NCBI GenBank assembly: GCA_963768655.1
Contig: CAVYIM010000003.1
Coordinates: 736,001 to 800,000 of the forward strand
Source: an uncultured Chloroflexia bacterium
GTDB lineage: Bacteria > Chloroflexota > Limnocylindria > Limnocylindrales > CSP1-4
Direction: 5' to 3'
Length of the DNA stretch: 64,000 nucleotides
The position numbers and the translations under genes were made by a program. How positions within the stretch are numbered: the first letter of the stretch is position 1; the number at the start of each line of letters is the position of its first letter. The notes under the pieces were generated by a model, which had not been told where the DNA came from, did no database searches, and was given only the letters and a program-made list of their open reading frames with translations. Positions 28,759 to 38,313 of the stretch are shown piece after piece.

Positions 28759-29610
28759 TTGGTTTTCCCCGAGATCGAAAAGGGCACCGGCGGCAACGCC
28801 GTTCGGATCAAGCGTCAGCTGTCTGAATTGGCGATAGCTCATGCCTCGGACGGGCACTGGGCGGAGGCCGCGGACACCAACCGCAAGATCCTGGAGATGG
28901 GACCCGACGCCGAGGCCGAGAACCGCCTGGCCAAATCCCTGTGGGAGCTGGGCGAGCTGGGCGAAGCGCGCGAGCACTACCAGATCGCACTCGCCCTGGA
29001 TCCGACGAATCGCATCGCCGAGCGCAACATCGAGCGCCTGAGGGTGCTGATGAGCGAGGCCGGCGACAAGACCGTGGCCGCGGAGAAGGCCGGCAAGGCG
29101 CCCGTCGCCATCTTCGTCGAAGAGACCGGCAAGACCGGCTTCGCGATGCTCACGGACCTGGCCGCGCCCCGAACCCTCGCCCACGTCAACCCGGGCGACG
29201 CGGTCGAGTTGCTTCCCGAAGGCAATCGGCTCTTCGCCGTGGCCAACGGAACTCGCATCGGGATCGTCGAGCCACGCGTCGCGGCCCGGCTGCTCAAGCT
29301 GGTAGCCGACGGCAACAAGTACTCGGCCGGGATCACCTCGCTGGGCGACCGCGATGTCCGCATCGTGATCCGCGAGATCTTCCAGGACCCCCGCAACTAC
29401 GGCAAGGTCAGCTTCCCCACCGCCGCCCGATCGTCGGACCTGCGCCCCTACACGAAGGGCACGCTCCTGCGCGAGGAGGAGCTGATGGAGGAGGAGCTCG
29501 AGGACGACGAGGAAGACGAGGAGATCGAGGACCTCGACCGCGTCCTTCCGGCCGAAGTCACCGGCGACGAGGCCTTCGAAGAGGAGCCCGACGAGCTCGA
29601 GGAGCCATAG
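28759..29610 (+). CDS. TPR protein with HIRAN-like beta domain and acidic tail
   Basis: TPR helices (NRLAKSLWELGELGEAREHY..AL.LDP.N.IA..N); GDAVEL...IG.V...VA.RL..L...G.KY; poly-E/D C-terminus; TTG start after AAGGA. Confidence 0.75.
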   Translation: MVFPEIEKGTGGNAVRIKRQLSELAIAHASDGHWAEAADTNRKILEMGPDAEAENRLAKSLWELGELGEAREHYQIALALDPTNRIAERNIERLRVLMSEAGDKTVAAEKAGKAPVAIFVEETGKTGFAMLTDLAAPRTLAHVNPGDAVELLPEGNRLFAVANGTRIGIVEPRVAARLLKLVADGNKYSAGITSLGDRDVRIVIREIFQDPRNYGKVSFPTAARSSDLRPYTKGTLLREEELMEEELEDDEEDEEIEDLDRVLPAEVTGDEAFEEEPDELEEP

Positions 29611-29714
29611 GCCGGACTTCGCCCCGTAGAAGGTGCGGGTCGGCCGTAGCACCGACCGCCGAAAGGGCGTCGGCCCGCGTTGGATCGACCGCCCGCGATT
29701 GTCGTGGCCGCCAA

Positions 29715-29787
29715 CGCGCGCTCGCGTCTCGCGCGTCGCTGATGATCGCGCGCTCGCGTCTCACGCGCTCGCGTCGCGCGCGCTCGC
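29715..29787. repeat. CG-rich direct repeats (cgcgctcgcgtc x3 plus partial)
   Basis: cgcgcgctcgcgtctc at 29715 and 29747, further copies to 29787. Confidence 0.75.
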
Positions 29788-29870
29788 CGGGCGGGCCGCT
29801 CGACATCCATCGACGCCATGACTTCGCGCGCGGCCGATCCGGCCCGGCACGCGTCTGTCACAATTGGCGC

Positions 29871-32800
29871 ATGGTCGGGCGCGCCGTCACCAACCGCGCC
29901 GAACGGCGCAGCGAAGGCAGCTCTTTGCTGCCCATCTTCGATCGACTCGCTCCGCCGGCTCCGATCGCGGACATCACCGCCCAGATCGAGGCGTGGACCA
30001 AGCCGGGCGAGGTCGTCCTCGACCTGAGCGGCCGTGGCGGCTGGGTCGCTCGGGCTGCGATAGCCGGCCAGCGTCGTGCCGCGGACCTCGAATCCCTGTC
30101 GCTGACGCGCCTCCTGGCCGATGTGGTGGTGCGCTCGCCCGACGTCCGCCATCTCGAAGCTGCGGCCCAGGCCATCTCGATCAGGCCGCTCCTGGACGCC
30201 ACGGTCAAGAAGACCATCGAGCAACTCTTCGCCAGCACGTGCCCGGTCTGCGGACGATCCGTCGTCCTCGAGTCCCTCGTTTGGGGGCCCGGCGATGGGC
30301 GCGGCGGGACCGGCGCCGGGCGCGGCACCGCAAAGTCGGGCGGCGCGGCGAAGCCGGGCACGACGGCGTCGGTCGCGGCCAGGCCGGGCGGCGCGGCCGC
30401 TGCGGGCAAAGCCCGGGAACGTGCCACCCGGCGTGAGTTCCGGTGCGCAACCTGCCAGCAGCCAGACGGCGGGGAGTTGCGTCACGCCGAACCCACTCCG
30501 GACGACCTGACTCGCGCGGCCTTTGTGGACCTTCCGGATACGGTGCGCGAAAGCCTGCGCAAACGGTTCCCGGCGCCGCCCGGGCCGCCGGACGTTGGTC
30601 TCCCCGACCAGCTCGTGGACCTGCATACGGCGCGGCAGCTGCTCGGCCTCAACGCGATCCTCGAGGGCATCGAGCTCGAGACGCGTTCGGCACCGATGAC
30701 GGCCGCCCTGCGGCTGGCATTCCTTCACGCCGTGGCGTCCGCCAGCAGGCTCAACTCGTACCGTGGCCGCCCCCAGGCGCTTCGAATCTCGAGGGGCGCG
30801 GTCCGCCTGCCGGCGGCTCACGCCTGGCGCGAGAGGAACCCGTGGCTCGCGTTCGAGGAAGGGCTGGCGATGGTGCGAAGCTTCGTCGTGCGCCTGGAAT
30901 CGGACGAGAAACGGTCGGTGGCGGCCCGCCTCGCCTCGGATCTGATGGAGCTCCAGGAGGGGACTTCCAACGTGGTGCTGGGCGAGGCGACGCCGGGATC
31001 GCTGAGGCGGATCGGTCTTGCGGGCGAGCGCATCGCGCACTCCGGCACGCCCTCGCGGGTCCGGCTCGTCGTCGGCCAGGTCCCGCTGCGACTGACCCAC
31101 GGCCGGCTCGCGGAGGCATACCACGAGACGGCCTGGGCCCTGGGGGCCGGCGCGGCCTCGCTGCTGCCCTTCGAGGAGCTGTTCCGGCCGGTGCCGCGCG
31201 CCGGCCGCCGGAGCGCGGCCGAGGATCTGGCCCGCTCGCTGGGGCGGTCGCTCGCAATCGCCACTCCGGCGCTCGCCCAGAACGGCCGCGCCGTGGTGCT
31301 CCTCGACGATGCCGAGCCGCGAACATTGGTCGCGGCGGCAATCGGCGGAGCGGCGGCTGGATGCCGCCTGATCGACGCTCGCCTGCACCGCAGCGACGAA
31401 GACAGCCCGGCCGTGGCCGTCTTCGTGCCGTCAACCGGAGTCGTCGCGCCGGGGCCTCGCACCCGTGCCAATCGGCCACTCCCGCCGCTCGAAGGAGGCG
31501 CGGGCGATCCGGGCACGGTCACCGGGCCAGGCGTCTTCGCCGCTCCGGAGAAGCTCGGCGAGGGGCCGTTTCGCCATCCGGCTGCGGCGCAGGCCGTCAA
31601 CGACACAGCCATCGAGCTGCTCAAGGCCCGGGGCGAGCCGGCCTGCTTCGAACACATGCTGGGCGATCTGCTGGTTGGGCTGGATCGCTCGGGGCAGCTG
31701 GCCCGCTTCGCCCGCCAGTTCCGGCCGCCCCGCGCCGACCAGGGCTGGGACGCGTGGGTCGACATCGATGGCGATCCGTCGGCGGCCCCCGGCGCGTCGG
31801 CCGCCCCAGGCGCGTCGGCCGCTCCCGGCGCGTCGGCCGCCCCAGGCGCGTCGGCCGCTCCCGGCGCGTCGGCCGCCCCAGGCGCGTCGGCCGCTCCCGG
31901 CGCGTCGGCCACAACCGGGTCGGCCGCCGGGCAGCCGCCGGCCGGCGCGGCATCAGCCGTTCCCGGCAGGTCGGCCGCCTCGAAGGAACCCGCCGGTGAC
32001 GAGACGGCCGAGGACGAGGAGCCCTCCGAGCCGGCGGGCCCCGTCGACGAGCTCTTGGCGCTAATCCGAAACGAGCTCGACCGCGGCACGAACCGCCGCG
32101 TTCGCCAGATCGAGCCCGGTCAGTACTGGCTCGGTTCGGAGGAGGACCGCTCCGGGGCCGCTCAACCCCTGGCGGATCGGACGGAGTGGGCCGTCTTCAG
32201 CCTCCTCTCGTCATCGCGCCAGATGTCGGAGGCGGCCGTCTTCGAGCGGACGATGGGCCTCTTCCAGGATCGCGACGTTCCGGATGGCGAGCTGATGCGA
32301 GCCTGCCTGATGAGCTACAGCGCGCCGGGCAGCACGCCTGAGGCGGTCGCGACCGCCGATCAGCTGGAGCGACGCTCGGCCGAGCACGACGCCATGATCG
32401 CTGCCATAGCGGATCTGGGCCATCGCCTCGGGACGCGCGTCTGGATCGGGCGCCGCCAGCAGGCCCGCCGCTTCGACGGCCGCCCGCTGGCCGATCGGCT
32501 CGACATGGAGGAGCGCGACATCGTGCCGACCGTGATCGCCTGGGGTCCGGAGGCCGAGCTCGAGCGCGTCGACTGCGCCTGGTACGTCCGCCACAAGGCG
32601 ACCTTCTTGTTCGAGGTCGAATGGACGGCAATGCTCGGCGATCCGGTCCTGGTGCGCCACAGTCGCTTCCCGAGCGACGACAAGGTCGTTCGCTTCCTCG
32701 TCATCCCGCCCGAGCGCGCGGAGCTGGTGCGCTACAAGCTCGCCCGTTCGCCGTTGCTCCGCCGGGCCTTCGCGGATCGGAACTGGCACGTCCTCAAGTG

Positions 32801-32918
32801 GGACCAGCTGGCCGCCTTCGCGGCCCGTACGGAGGTGTCCCTGGCCGACCTCGAGCCCTACCTGGGACTCGACGCCGACGCGGCCGGCGGCGAGCAGCTG
32901 CCGTTGTTCGAGGGTTGA
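29871..32918 (+). CDS. Large degenerate DNA amino-methyltransferase-like protein with Zn ribbon and C-terminal PD-(D/E)XK-like domain
   Basis: PGEVVLDLSGRGG (motif I-like), CPVC...CATC, no DPPY/NPPY, C-terminal VDCAW...FEVEW; -10 CACAAT 6 nt before ATG 29871. Confidence 0.62.
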   Translation: MVGRAVTNRAERRSEGSSLLPIFDRLAPPAPIADITAQIEAWTKPGEVVLDLSGRGGWVARAAIAGQRRAADLESLSLTRLLADVVVRSPDVRHLEAAAQAISIRPLLDATVKKTIEQLFASTCPVCGRSVVLESLVWGPGDGRGGTGAGRGTAKSGGAAKPGTTASVAARPGGAAAAGKARERATRREFRCATCQQPDGGELRHAEPTPDDLTRAAFVDLPDTVRESLRKRFPAPPGPPDVGLPDQLVDLHTARQLLGLNAILEGIELETRSAPMTAALRLAFLHAVASASRLNSYRGRPQALRISRGAVRLPAAHAWRERNPWLAFEEGLAMVRSFVVRLESDEKRSVAARLASDLMELQEGTSNVVLGEATPGSLRRIGLAGERIAHSGTPSRVRLVVGQVPLRLTHGRLAEAYHETAWALGAGAASLLPFEELFRPVPRAGRRSAAEDLARSLGRSLAIATPALAQNGRAVVLLDDAEPRTLVAAAIGGAAAGCRLIDARLHRSDEDSPAVAVFVPSTGVVAPGPRTRANRPLPPLEGGAGDPGTVTGPGVFAAPEKLGEGPFRHPAAAQAVNDTAIELLKARGEPACFEHMLGDLLVGLDRSGQLARFARQFRPPRADQGWDAWVDIDGDPSAAPGASAAPGASAAPGASAAPGASAAPGASAAPGASAAPGASATTGSAAGQPPAGAASAVPGRSAASKEPAGDETAEDEEPSEPAGPVDELLALIRNELDRGTNRRVRQIEPGQYWLGSEEDRSGAAQPLADRTEWAVFSLLSSSRQMSEAAVFERTMGLFQDRDVPDGELMRACLMSYSAPGSTPEAVATADQLERRSAEHDAMIAAIADLGHRLGTRVWIGRRQQARRFDGRPLADRLDMEERDIVPTVIAWGPEAELERVDCAWYVRHKATFLFEVEWTAMLGDPVLVRHSRFPSDDKVVRFLVIPPERAELVRYKLARSPLLRRAFADRNWHVLKWDQLAAFAARTEVSLADLEPYLGLDADAAGGEQLPLFEG
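31778..31910 (+). repeat. 18-bp coding tandem repeat x7 (SAAPGA) with alternating 36-bp higher-order unit
   Basis: gtcggccgccccaggcgc and gtcggccgctcccggcgc alternate. Confidence 0.95.
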
Positions 32919-33040
32919 GCGGCGCCCGACGGTCGGCCGCGGTAATCTCGCGACGATCTCGCTGGGGGGTACGCTAACGCCCGAGATCCGGCCGGCTCAA
33001 CGTCTTTGTCCCGGAGGAGTCAGATCGCCAGGAGGTTCCG

Positions 33041-34777
33041 GTGAGCGAGGTCCGCAACCCAGCCGCCGCCGTCAACGAGCTGGCCGAAGGGTTCTGGAAC
33101 GGCCTGCTCGAACTGTCGCCCATCACGGCCACGGTTCTTGGCTACGACCAGTACGACGATCGCCTGGACGACCCGGGCCCCGAGGGGCGAGACCGGGCGC
33201 GGACTCTCTTCCGCGAGACGCTGCACGCGACCGACGCGATCGAAGCGCAGGTCGCCGCCGGTGTGGCCGGGTCGGACGGCGGCGCAGGCCTCCCGGGTAC
33301 CGGCCTCCCGGTCGAGGAGTCGATCACGCTCGACATCCTGACGGTCGTCTGCCGATCCGAGCTGGAGCAGCAGATTCAGCGTATCGACCGGCTGAAGGTG
33401 GTCGATCAGATGGAAGGGCCGCAGACGGTGATGCCGCTTCTGGCGACCTTCCAGCGCACCGACACGCCCGAGCGTTTCGGCCGCTTCCTGGCGCGCATCG
33501 ACGACTACCCACGCTACATGGCGGCCGTCGCGGAACTCACTCGGGAGGGTCTGGCGAGCGGGCTCACCGCGGCCCGGATCGTGACCGAGCGCGTCATCGG
33601 CCAGCTGGAGAGGCTGCTCGCCGTTCCGGACGAAGAGTCGCCGATCGCAGTCGCCGCTATGCTGCCGAGGCCCTCGGACAGGGACAGGTTGGTCGCCGCC
33701 ATCCGCCGCTCGATAAGGCCCGCCGACGAGGCGTTTCTCGAGGCCCTCCGAGGTGCGTACCGTGACGCCTCGCGCGAGGAGCCGGGGCTATGGTCGGCGC
33801 CGGACGGCGAGCAGCTGTACAGGACCCAGGTTCGGGCCTGGACGTCACTGGACCTGGATCCCGGGGATCTGCACCGGATCGGCCTCGAAGAGCTGGAGTC
33901 GATCGAGGCGGAGCGGCGTGAGATCAGCCGCTCGCTCGGTCTGGGCGACGACACGAAGGCCGCTCGCGCGGCAATCGAGAAGAGCCCCGGAGCGATTCCG
34001 GCGACGGCCGACGAGTTGCTGGACCACGCCCGCGGCCAGATCGAGCGCGCCCTGGCCCGATCGCCGGAGTTCTTCGGCCGCCTGCCCAGGTCTCCCGTCA
34101 CGGTTCGAGCGGTGGAGCCATTCAAGGAAGCCGACGCTCCATCCGCCTTCTACTACGCGCCCGCGGTCGACGGCAGCCGCCCGGGCATCTACTACGTCAA
34201 CACCTACGACCTGCCGAGCCGCAGCTACTTGAGCCTGGCCAGCACGAGCTTCCACGAGGCCGTACCCGGGCATCACTTCCAGATCGCGCTCCAGACCGAG
34301 ATGGCGGACCTGAGCGCCTTCCGCCGCATGGGCGCCCGAATGGCCGGCATGGCCTACGTCGAGGGCTGGGGTCTGTACGCCGAACGCCTGGCGGACGAGA
34401 TGGGGCTCTACCTCAATCCGACCGAACGATTTGGCATGCTCGACGGGCAGGCCCATCGCGCCGCGCGCCTGGTAGTCGACACCGGGATCCACGCCTTCCG
34501 CTGGTCGCGCGAACGCGCGATCGCGCAGCTGCTCGACGCGGGCCTGTCGGAGACCGACGCCGCGATCGAGACCGACCGCTACATCTGCTGGCCGGCCCAG
34601 GCCCTGACCTACAAGGTCGGTCAGCGCGAGATCGAACGGCTCAGGAAGGAGGCTGCGGTGCGCCTCGGTTCCGCGTTCGATCTGCGGGCATTCCACGACG
34701 CCGTGCTGGGCCACGGCACACTGCCACTCACCACTCTCGCCCGGGAGCTGCCGGGGTGGCTGGCGAAGCCGAGTTAG
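33041..34777 (+). CDS. DUF885 family protein (metallopeptidase-like)
   Basis: HEAVPGHHFQ, YVEGWGLYAE, RLVVDTGIH, DRYICWPAQALTYKVG; SD GGAGG. Confidence 0.93.
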   Translation: MSEVRNPAAAVNELAEGFWNGLLELSPITATVLGYDQYDDRLDDPGPEGRDRARTLFRETLHATDAIEAQVAAGVAGSDGGAGLPGTGLPVEESITLDILTVVCRSELEQQIQRIDRLKVVDQMEGPQTVMPLLATFQRTDTPERFGRFLARIDDYPRYMAAVAELTREGLASGLTAARIVTERVIGQLERLLAVPDEESPIAVAAMLPRPSDRDRLVAAIRRSIRPADEAFLEALRGAYRDASREEPGLWSAPDGEQLYRTQVRAWTSLDLDPGDLHRIGLEELESIEAERREISRSLGLGDDTKAARAAIEKSPGAIPATADELLDHARGQIERALARSPEFFGRLPRSPVTVRAVEPFKEADAPSAFYYAPAVDGSRPGIYYVNTYDLPSRSYLSLASTSFHEAVPGHHFQIALQTEMADLSAFRRMGARMAGMAYVEGWGLYAERLADEMGLYLNPTERFGMLDGQAHRAARLVVDTGIHAFRWSRERAIAQLLDAGLSETDAAIETDRYICWPAQALTYKVGQREIERLRKEAAVRLGSAFDLRAFHDAVLGHGTLPLTTLARELPGWLAKPS

Positions 34778-34813
34778 CCCTGGTTTCGGACGCCCGCCCC
34801 GGCGTCGGTGAAT

Positions 34814-35476
34814 TCAGGGCTTCGAGGCTTCGCGGAGCATATCGGCCAGGGCGGCGTGCCCGCCCGCGTCGGCCAGGTCGGGCGGCGTGCAGCCATCGTC
34901 GGCGGGTCGAGTCGGATCGGCGCCGCGAAGGAGCAGCAGGTCGACGATCGCCTCGTCGCCGTTGTGCGCGGCCGTGTGCAGCGGGGTCCAGCCGCCCTTC
35001 TGGACGGCGTTCGCCGAAGCGCCAAGGGCGAGCAGCAGGCCCGCCAGGTCACGCCGGCGCGCCGCCACAGCGCTGTGGAGGGGCGTGACGCGTGAGTCGT
35101 TGGCGGCGACTGCGTTGGGATCGGCGCCGCGCTCCAGGAGCAGCCGTGCCACCTCCAGCTGCCCGAAGTAGGCGGCCAGATGGAGCGGTGCAAAGCCGTC
35201 TTCGCCACGCTCGTCGGTCTCCCAGCCCTCGGCCAGCCTGCGGCGGACCACCGCCACGTCGCCGACGACGGCGGCCTCGAAGAGGCTCAGCCCGTCCGGC
35301 CCGACTCTCTCGGCCAGGTGTTCGGCCAGTCGGGGATGACCGCCGTAGGCGGCGGCGAGCACCGGCGAGAGACCGGCCTTGTCCCGGGCCTTCAGCAGGC
35401 CTGCGTCGCCCGCGACCGCCTCGTCAGCCGCCCTCTCGTCCCCGTTGCGGATCGTCTCGAAGAAGTCGGCCGTCAT
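34814..35476 (-). CDS. Ankyrin-repeat protein
   Basis: GFAPLHLAAYFG, TPLHSA, GWTPLHTAAHNG; ATGA overlap with upstream stop. Confidence 0.92.
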   Translation of the reverse strand: MTADFFETIRNGDERAADEAVAGDAGLLKARDKAGLSPVLAAAYGGHPRLAEHLAERVGPDGLSLFEAAVVGDVAVVRRRLAEGWETDERGEDGFAPLHLAAYFGQLEVARLLLERGADPNAVAANDSRVTPLHSAVAARRRDLAGLLLALGASANAVQKGGWTPLHTAAHNGDEAIVDLLLLRGADPTRPADDGCTPPDLADAGGHAALADMLREASKP

Positions 35477-36894
35477 GCGCTGCCCCTCCTGGTGTGCTGG
35501 GCGATGTCGCCGAGCGCCTCGACCAGCCGGTCGATCTCGGCCGCAGTGTTGTAGTGGACGAAGCCTGCGCGCACCATGCCGCCCGATTCGGCCAGTCCGA
35601 GGGCGCGGATCAGCTCGTACGCATAGTAGTCGCCGTCCCACACGGCGATGCCGCGCCGGCCGAGCTCCGTGGCGACCCGGCGCGGCGAGTGGCCTGCCAG
35701 CGTGAAGGCGAAGGTCGGGACGCGCTCGGCCAGACGGTTCGGGTCGACGACGCCGCGCAGCCTCAAGCCCGGCACATCGCCCAACGCCGTCAGCGCGCGC
35801 CGGGCCAGAGCTCGCTCCGTGGCGCCGATGACCGCCATGGCCGCGCGGAGTCGGGCGCGCCGCGTCGCGGCCGCGCCACTTCCCGCGCCGCTCCCACCGC
35901 TCTCACCGGCTCCGCCACCGGGCGCGGCGCCGCCACTTGCCGCGCCACCCGTGCCGTACGTCTTGCCCAGCCACTCCAGATACTCGAACGTGGCAAGCAA
36001 CCCGGCCAGCGACTCGCCCGGGAGAGTGCCTGTCTCCCATTTGCCCGGCGACTCGTTCGGGGCCGGTCGGACCTTGTATGCGGCCAGGCTCTCGAGCAGA
36101 TCGCGCCGCCCGTAGAGGAGCCCCAGATGTGGCCCGAAGAACTTGTAGGGGGAGCAGACCAGGAAGTCGGCCCCCAATGCCGCCACGTCAAGCGGCACGT
36201 GCGGCGCCGCATGAACGGCGTCCACGTACGTGAGTGCGCCGGCGGCGTGGGCCATCTCCACGATCCGGGGGATCGGATTGAGAGTGCCCACGGCGTTCGA
36301 GGCGAGCCCGACGGCGACCAGGCGCGTGCGCGGCCCAAGCGCTCGCTCGAGGCCGTCCACATCGAGCGTGCAATCTTCCGGATGGATGCCGATCCATCGG
36401 ACCCGGACGCCGCGTTCGCCTTCGAGTGCCAGCCAGGGCGCGACGTTGGCGTCGTGGTCCAAGTGCGTGACCACGACCTCGTCGCCTGCTTCGAGCGTCC
36501 GCCCGATCGCCCGGCTCAGCGCGAAGGTGAGCGTGGTCATGTTCTGCCCGAAGACGATTTCGCCGGCATCGGCCGCCCCGACGTAGTCCGCCGCGGCGGC
36601 ATGAACCTCGGCCAGCATGGCGTCGCTTTCCTCGCTCGTCGGGAATGCGCCGTCGTGGTTGGCGTTGAAGCGCTCCAGGTATTGCGCCATGGCGTCGATC
36701 GTGCGGCGCGGTACCTGCGTACCGCCGGGGCCGTCCAGGTACACATACGGCCGGCCGTCGTGCTCGCGCGAGAGGGCGGGGAACTGCGCTCGGATCGCCT
36801 TGAGTCCCGCCTCCGTCAGTGGCGTGGCTGCTGCACCCGCGAGCGTAGCTGGCGTCGTGGACGAGGCATGGGAGTCGATACGATCGGCCGGCAT
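35473..36894 (-). CDS. Cysteine-desulfurase-like PLP enzyme (class V aminotransferase) lacking the catalytic Cys
   Basis: YLDGPGGTQVP, DHDANVAPW, DAVH, SPYKFFGPH (PLP Lys), VWDGDYY in place of the RxGxxC loop. Confidence 0.9.
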   Translation of the reverse strand: MPADRIDSHASSTTPATLAGAAATPLTEAGLKAIRAQFPALSREHDGRPYVYLDGPGGTQVPRRTIDAMAQYLERFNANHDGAFPTSEESDAMLAEVHAAAADYVGAADAGEIVFGQNMTTLTFALSRAIGRTLEAGDEVVVTHLDHDANVAPWLALEGERGVRVRWIGIHPEDCTLDVDGLERALGPRTRLVAVGLASNAVGTLNPIPRIVEMAHAAGALTYVDAVHAAPHVPLDVAALGADFLVCSPYKFFGPHLGLLYGRRDLLESLAAYKVRPAPNESPGKWETGTLPGESLAGLLATFEYLEWLGKTYGTGGAASGGAAPGGGAGESGGSGAGSGAAATRRARLRAAMAVIGATERALARRALTALGDVPGLRLRGVVDPNRLAERVPTFAFTLAGHSPRRVATELGRRGIAVWDGDYYAYELIRALGLAESGGMVRAGFVHYNTAAEIDRLVEALGDIAQHTRRGSA

Positions 36895-37173
36895 GGTGCT
36901 CCGCGATAGAGCGGTGAGAAACCCGTTGATGGTACGACGCGTCGGCCGCCCGCGGCTCGCCCGCGGCCCAGTGAGATCCGCCTCGCCCCGATCGGGCCGC
37001 CGCCGCAGGCGCGTCAGATGAACATCATGCAACCTCACCGGACGCCCTCAAGCTGCAACGAAATCGCAGGGTCCTGGGCCGGCTTGAGACGCCAGATTGA
37101 CGGTCTCTGGCGTTCCATCCCACAAGTAAGGGTAGTGGTAGGAGGACCATTTGGCAGGCGCCGGACGGGCCAC

Positions 37174-37204
37174 TTGACTAATCCTGAGTAACTGTGTATA
37201 CATT
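37174..37204 (+). promoter_or_regulatory. Sigma70-type promoter of the IclR gene
   Basis: TTGACT-17 nt-TATACA(TT) in an AT-rich patch. Confidence 0.6.
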
Positions 37205-37207
37205 AGG

Positions 37208-37398
37208 ACGTTCCGCTGGGCGAGACGAAAGCAGCGGCCGGGACCTCACCGGCAGGCTCGGATCGGCCGGTCAGCGGATCTCCTGACAGACGCAGATAGC
37301 CTCGCTCCGGTTCGGGCGCGGAGCGACGAAACCAACGGGCCAAGTCTGCCGACAGGCAGATCGGCGGCCCACCAGGTGGCAGCCCGCAAGGAGTAACA
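37208..37398 (+). ncRNA. Candidate structured 5' leader RNA (unassigned)
   Basis: Four consecutive stems including TCGCTCCG/CGGAGCGA and TCTGCC-GACA-GGCAGA (GNRA loop) before SD AAGGAG. Confidence 0.45.
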
Positions 37399-38169
37399 GT
37401 GGTGCTCGACGGGAACGCGGTTCGGTCCGTTGACCGAGCGGCCTCACTCCTGATCGCTTTGGGGGAATCGCCAGGCGAGGCGGGCGTAACGGAACTCGCC
37501 CGGCGCCTGGGACTCCACAAGTCCACCGCGTCGCGCTTGCTGGCGACGCTTCAGAAGCGGGGCCTGGTGGAGCAGGACGACGACTCGGGCAAGTACCGGC
37601 TCGGACTCGCCGTCGTTCGGCTCGGCGGTCATGCCGAGCGGACACTCGATCTGCGGTCGATCGCGATGCCGGAGCTCGAAGGACTCGCGCGTGGTATCAA
37701 GGAAACCACGACGCTGGAGATCCTCGAGGGCGACACCGCACTGACGATCGCCTATTCGGACGCCTCGGGAATGGGCCGCGACCGGTCGGGCCGAAGCTCA
37801 CCGCTCCACGCCACGGCCCCGGGCAAGATCCTGCTCGCAAATCAGCCCGAACGTGAGGTCATCCGACTCTCGAAGGTCGGCTTCACGCCGTACACCTCCC
37901 ACACCATCGTTCGCGTCGATCTGCTGCTCGAAGAGCTGGCTCGCGTTCGCAAGCGCGGCTTCGCCACTGCCTTCGGCGAGTTCGAACCGTCGGTCAACGC
38001 CATCTCCGTGCCCGTCTACGATCAGCGGACCTCGGTCGTGGCGGCGCTCGAGGTCAGAGCCTCGGGCAATCGCATCCTGCCCAGCCGTGTGCCCGAGCTG
38101 GTGGAGCGGGCCCGCGACGCTGCCGCCGTGATCACGGAGCGCATCGGCGGGGTCGCCGCCGCGGTCTAG
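37399..38169 (+). CDS. IclR-family transcriptional regulator
   Basis: VRSVDRA, HTH ELARRLGLHKSTASRLL, PLHATAPGK, RKRGFA. Confidence 0.95.
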   Translation: MVLDGNAVRSVDRAASLLIALGESPGEAGVTELARRLGLHKSTASRLLATLQKRGLVEQDDDSGKYRLGLAVVRLGGHAERTLDLRSIAMPELEGLARGIKETTTLEILEGDTALTIAYSDASGMGRDRSGRSSPLHATAPGKILLANQPEREVIRLSKVGFTPYTSHTIVRVDLLLEELARVRKRGFATAFGEFEPSVNAISVPVYDQRTSVVAALEVRASGNRILPSRVPELVERARDAAAVITERIGGVAAAV

Positions 38170-38233
38170 GCTCCGGCCTCCTCGGCTGGCCTACGCGCCG
38201 GGCCAGGAGCGACAACCACACAAGTCCACCTTT

Positions 38234-38267
38234 CGCGGCCCCTCGGTCCCCCTCCCGAGGGGCCGCG
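38234..38267. terminator. 13-bp perfect GC hairpin after the IclR gene (possible terminator, no U-tract)
   Basis: cgcggcccctcgg / ccgaggggccgcg. Confidence 0.4.
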
Positions 38268-38313
38268 CCATATCTGCCAGCCGCGCGGCCCGAGCCCGCG
38301 CTAGGCTATGGGG

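Noticed and set aside
28941-29870. N-terminal 310 aa of the 1325-aa ORF
   Set aside because: Overlaps the TPR gene out of frame and is Arg-rich noise; a -10 box supports ATG 29871
31778-31910. Possible CRISPR array
   Set aside because: Contiguous in-frame coding repeats without unique spacers; no cas genes
37126-37155. Possible third copy of the 41743/42790 element (GTAAGGG..TGGT; AGGACC)
   Set aside because: Only partial matches; the dyad is not preserved
37283-37335. Possible hammerhead ribozyme (stem followed by CGAAAC)
   Set aside because: No CUGANGA directly before the stem and no cleavage-site helices
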